DNA from: Candidatus Parcubacteria bacterium
GTDB taxonomy: Bacteria > Patescibacteriota > Saccharimonadia > UBA4664 > JBIOIQ01
DNA: 64,000 nt
Direction of reading: 5' to 3'
Assembly: GCA_963718875.1 (NCBI GenBank)
Contig: OY970378.1
Span: 4,396-68,395 of the forward strand
Part shown: positions 61,154 through 64,000 of the stretch, one piece after another
Layout: each line of letters begins with the position of its first letter
Numbering within the stretch: position 1 is the stretch's first letter
The notes under the pieces: model-generated
What the model saw: the letters and a program-made list of their open reading frames with translations, nothing else
The model's database searches: none
What the model was told of the DNA's origin: nothing
Translations under genes and position numbers: made by a program

Positions 61154-61155
61154 AT

Positions 61156-61542
61156 ATGCGAGAGAACCATTTATCTATTCTAATCAGTAGACCAATCGCT
61201 GACGTCTTTTCTTTTACTGTTACTCCTCCAAATTCAACTCTTTGGATCCCGGACATCGTTGATGAAAAGATTGACACACCATCTGTGATCGAAGGCACCG
61301 TTTATGATCTGACGGATAAGAAAGGGCTGGTGTCGAAGGTTGTGGTTTCACGCATTAAAAAGAACGAATACGTGGAGTGGGTATCTTCTGATCGGTCTTA
61401 TCATTGTAGATACACCTATACGTTAATCAATGAGCAAACGACCAAGCTTGAGTATTATGAGTGGGATGATAATAAAGACTTAGCCGAGCCATTTACTATT
61501 AAGGTGTTGGAGCAGTTGAAGAAGGTGCTGGAAAGTAGCTAG
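61156..61542 (+). CDS. SRPBCC (Bet v1/polyketide cyclase-like) family protein
   Basis: 128-aa size and pattern; tentative. Confidence 0.4.
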   Translation: MRENHLSILISRPIADVFSFTVTPPNSTLWIPDIVDEKIDTPSVIEGTVYDLTDKKGLVSKVVVSRIKKNEYVEWVSSDRSYHCRYTYTLINEQTTKLEYYEWDDNKDLAEPFTIKVLEQLKKVLESS

Positions 61543-61762
61543 AATCTAGCCCAGCAGTAAGGCGGCAGCTAAACCTAAAGTCGTGTCATCATCTTTGTTA
61601 GTTATGATTTTAAATTGAGGTACAAGTTCGGTTTTGGCTTGAGGGGTAAATACTTCAAAGGTATAGGAAAATAAGTAGCCGCGGTAGAGTTGTCGTAATT
61701 TTCGTTTAGAAATCATTTTTTGCTTTCTTATGAATATTGTCACTTATGAACTTTGCATTTTC

Positions 61763-61931
61763 TTGTCATCCTCGATAGAAAGGCTATTCTATCCAGCCAG
61801 AGTTTATGCATTAGCCACTTCTAATCGGGGATCCAGAAAAAAAGGTGAAAAAAGTTTTTTGTTCTGGGTTCCCTACCCGGAGCGCAGTAATACTGTTTTT
61901 GTTATTGCTGGCTTCCGATAGGGAATGACAG
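61763..61931. repeat. repeat cluster: family E (cttgtcatcctcgatagaaaggc) plus an inverted family C copy at 61867-61931
   Basis: Matches 59844-59869 and the left arm of the 26601 copy. Confidence 0.7.
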
Positions 61932-61940
61932 GGGTGGGGG

Positions 61941-62561
61941 TTAGTACTTTCTTATGACGCCGATAACAACGCCTTGGATCTGGATAGGAGTACTTGGTTT
62001 TACAATAATTGGATCCATAGAGGAGTTGGCGGGCTGCAAACGAATATGGTCTTTTTCTTTGTAGTAACGCTTAAGAGTGGCTTCGCTCCCGTTTACTAAG
62101 GCCACAACGACTTCGCCATTAGAAGGAACTTCTTTTTCAGCAATTACCACGAAGTCACCGTCTAAAATACCGTCTTCGATCATGCTTTGCCCTTTTACTT
62201 GCAAGACATACGAATTCCGGCGCCCAACCATGAAGGGTGGAACTTCTAAAGTGTCGCGATGACCTTCGATGGTTTCAATCGGTTGTCCGGCGGCAATTAG
62301 GCCAAGGATGGGTAGACCCACGCTGCGCTCTGTGTCTAGATCGGAAGGCTTGATGAGCTGCAGCGAACGAGCCTCGTTATCCCCTTTTTGAAGCAGCCCC
62401 TTAGAGACCAGGGATTCGACGTGCTCAGCTACCGTAGCAACGGAGCCAAGCTTAAAAGCTTCAGCAATTTCACGATAGCTAGGCGCATAACCGTGAATTT
62501 CAATAAATTGCGTTACGTAATCTAATATTTCTTTTTGGCGTTTGGTAAGTGGCTCGGCCAT
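61941..62561 (-). CDS. lexA: LexA repressor (S24 peptidase)
   Basis: N-terminal winged HTH; AAG cleavage site; GQSMIEDGILDGD and K motifs. Confidence 0.85.
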   Translation of the reverse strand: MAEPLTKRQKEILDYVTQFIEIHGYAPSYREIAEAFKLGSVATVAEHVESLVSKGLLQKGDNEARSLQLIKPSDLDTERSVGLPILGLIAAGQPIETIEGHRDTLEVPPFMVGRRNSYVLQVKGQSMIEDGILDGDFVVIAEKEVPSNGEVVVALVNGSEATLKRYYKEKDHIRLQPANSSMDPIIVKPSTPIQIQGVVIGVIRKY

Positions 62562-62632
62562 TTTTAAATCCCTCCCCGGAAGCTTAATTGTTTGCAAGTC
62601 AAAATTTTACTTTTTCTTATGTTTGAATTATA

Positions 62633-62671
62633 CCGAACAAAAACCGCTAGTGTCAAGCGGTTTTTGTTCGG
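62633..62671. terminator. perfect 15-bp-arm palindrome ccgaacaaaaaccgc-N9-gcggtttttgttcgg
   Basis: Downstream of the pilin-like gene and upstream of lexA. Confidence 0.5.
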
Positions 62672-62691
62672 TGAAGCGAATTGTTTTAAGT

Positions 62692-63126
62692 TTAGTTGCT
62701 GGCTGAGCAAGTGCCGTCAGTACTAGTATGAGTGACGCCATTGACTGTACAAGTAGCAGTACCATTGGACCCGTTGGCGCCATTTTGCTGAATAACGGTT
62801 GTGTTGTTTACACCTGGCGTACCGGGACTGGTGGATGTAGAACTACTGCTCGAACCAGAAGTGGCGGAACAGCGACCATTAACTGTTGGTACAGTGACGC
62901 CATTGACAGTACAAGTAGCTGAAGCTCCTGAGTTTGTAGTACTTGTAGAGGTATTAGTGGTGGGGACAGTATAGCAAAACGGACGCCCAAAGAAGTTTTG
63001 ACACCTGGTTGCGGCACGACTGCCTGTAACTTTAATAGCGACGACGGCGATTACGGCAATGACTAATGCTGCTATAAGTAATTCTGCTACTAAAGCGACA
63101 CCTTTTTGGTTTTTCAAATGGTCCAT
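62692..63126 (-). CDS. type IV pilin-like / prepilin-type N-terminal domain protein with Ser/Thr-rich Cys-containing C-terminus
   Basis: MDHLKNQKG|VALVAELLIAALVIAVIAV; Glu at +6 rather than +5. Confidence 0.45.
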   Translation of the reverse strand: MDHLKNQKGVALVAELLIAALVIAVIAVVAIKVTGSRAATRCQNFFGRPFCYTVPTTNTSTSTTNSGASATCTVNGVTVPTVNGRCSATSGSSSSSTSTSPGTPGVNNTTVIQQNGANGSNGTATCTVNGVTHTSTDGTCSASN

Positions 63127-63236
63127 TTCTTATAAATCCTTCCATTACTTTTGTTTTTAGTGGTTATGCTTAACATACTCATTAATTGGTGTGTTGTCAA
63201 TAGTTATTATGCTTATCAGCATGATATTATGTTTTT

Positions 63237-63779
63237 ATGATTAAGCTCTGCCTTTATGGTGTGCCGGGATCTGGCAAAACAACCCTGGGTCTGGCTCTGC
63301 AGCAACATTTAGAAATACCATTAGTCGAAGGAGACTTATTGCGAGATGAAGCTCAGAGGGCTGTTAGCAAAGATCTTGACCCCTTTTCATATTTAGGCAC
63401 AACTGAGGCCTGGCAAAAATTTGGTGAAGCAACGCCAGAAAACATTATAAAGGGGCTGTTAGCAGTTCGAAAGAGTATGAATCTGCATGTAGAGAAAGAG
63501 CTGGGCAAAGATGGCCCATTTATACTTGAGGCTGCTTTTTTAAATCCTGTCATTAAAAAAGACTTTCGGTTGTTTTTGATAATCACATCTCAGGAAGAGC
63601 TGCATCGCTCCCATTACTACTCTCACCGTAAAGCTGGTCCAGAAACATATGCAAACTTTTTAGCGACTCGTACAATTCAGGAATATTTAATAACCGAGGC
63701 CGCGCAACTTGGCATACCCGTAATTAGGAACGATGCTGGCATCGATACGGCCGTTAGGGCTGTACTGGCCGAGCTTTAA
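63237..63779 (+). CDS. P-loop NTPase / small kinase-like protein
   Basis: GVPGSGKTT Walker A. Confidence 0.55.
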   Translation: MIKLCLYGVPGSGKTTLGLALQQHLEIPLVEGDLLRDEAQRAVSKDLDPFSYLGTTEAWQKFGEATPENIIKGLLAVRKSMNLHVEKELGKDGPFILEAAFLNPVIKKDFRLFLIITSQEELHRSHYYSHRKAGPETYANFLATRTIQEYLITEAAQLGIPVIRNDAGIDTAVRAVLAEL

Positions 63780-64000
63780 TTAAAGCCGGGTAGTTTAACT
63801 TCGGTAAAATCAAGGCTGGATGCGTACCTAGTGGTGACAGTGTCTGTTTTTAATACCTTGCCACTCAGATCTTGGACATCCCGGTAAAAAACGGTAGTTG
63901 ATGGCTTAGTTACATCACTGTTTCCCGAAATGTATGACGGTCCGCGGATAACACCAACTTTGGTTTTGGTACCGTAAAAGTCAAACTTAAGTGTAGCATT
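63776..64000 (-). CDS. C-terminal 74 codons of a protein continuing beyond the window end
   Basis: Open minus-strand frame ...VKLPGFN* with stop at 63776-63778. Confidence 0.35.
   Translation of the reverse strand, partial: NATLKFDFYGTKTKVGVIRGPSYISGNSDVTKPSTTVFYRDVQDLSGKVLKTDTVTTRYASSLDFTEVKLPGFN

Noticed and set aside
62633-62671. Palindrome upstream of lexA, considered as a LexA/Cheo box
   Set aside because: The arms are 15 bp separated by 9 bp and the T-tract is inside the stem. It fits a terminator of the upstream pilin-like gene rather than a GAAC-N4-GTTC operator. No convincing SOS box was seen by eye.

Overview
Low-to-moderate GC (~45%) bacterial chromosome segment. Gene content suggests a small-genome Gram-positive-type or CPR/Saccharibacteria-like organism (inference only).

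The first ~15 kb is a dense surface-structure locus on the minus strand, containing:
- a >2,480-aa repetitive secreted protein that runs off the window start;
- three DUF916/DUF3324-like type-I membrane-anchored surface proteins, two of them a near-identical ~1 kb tandem duplication;
- three paralogous secreted proteins ending in a shared C-terminal strand motif (Y-x-D-T-L-T-[IL]-V-A-x-G-x-F-COOH), two of which have nucleotide-identical 3' halves.

Downstream features, in order:
- a 37-copy heptanucleotide microsatellite (AGCTTTG)n directly abutting the start of a PKD-domain surface protein gene;
- an F1Fo ATP synthase operon (atpF-H-A-G-D-C) that lacks a/c subunit genes at this locus;
- a housekeeping stretch (RRM protein, PadR, CDF + Fur-family regulator, pyrE/pyrF, prs, Fpg, NUDIX, TerC, PP2C, GIY-YIG, tRNA-Asn, MgtE, ZIP, CcdA/thioredoxin, CFA synthase, LexA, a pilin-like protein);
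- many membrane hypotheticals.

The intergenic DNA is rich in several families of palindromic, MITE-like repeat elements. There is also a 0.6-kb high-GC insert carrying a Zn-ribbon ORF, a frameshifted FAD-linked oxidase, and an overlapping-frame membrane-anchor/thioredoxin pair.

No CRISPR array, rRNA or recognisable mobile-element transposase was seen.

ORF-track entries can begin at TTG/GTG translated as M; where that is evident, more likely ATG starts are given.
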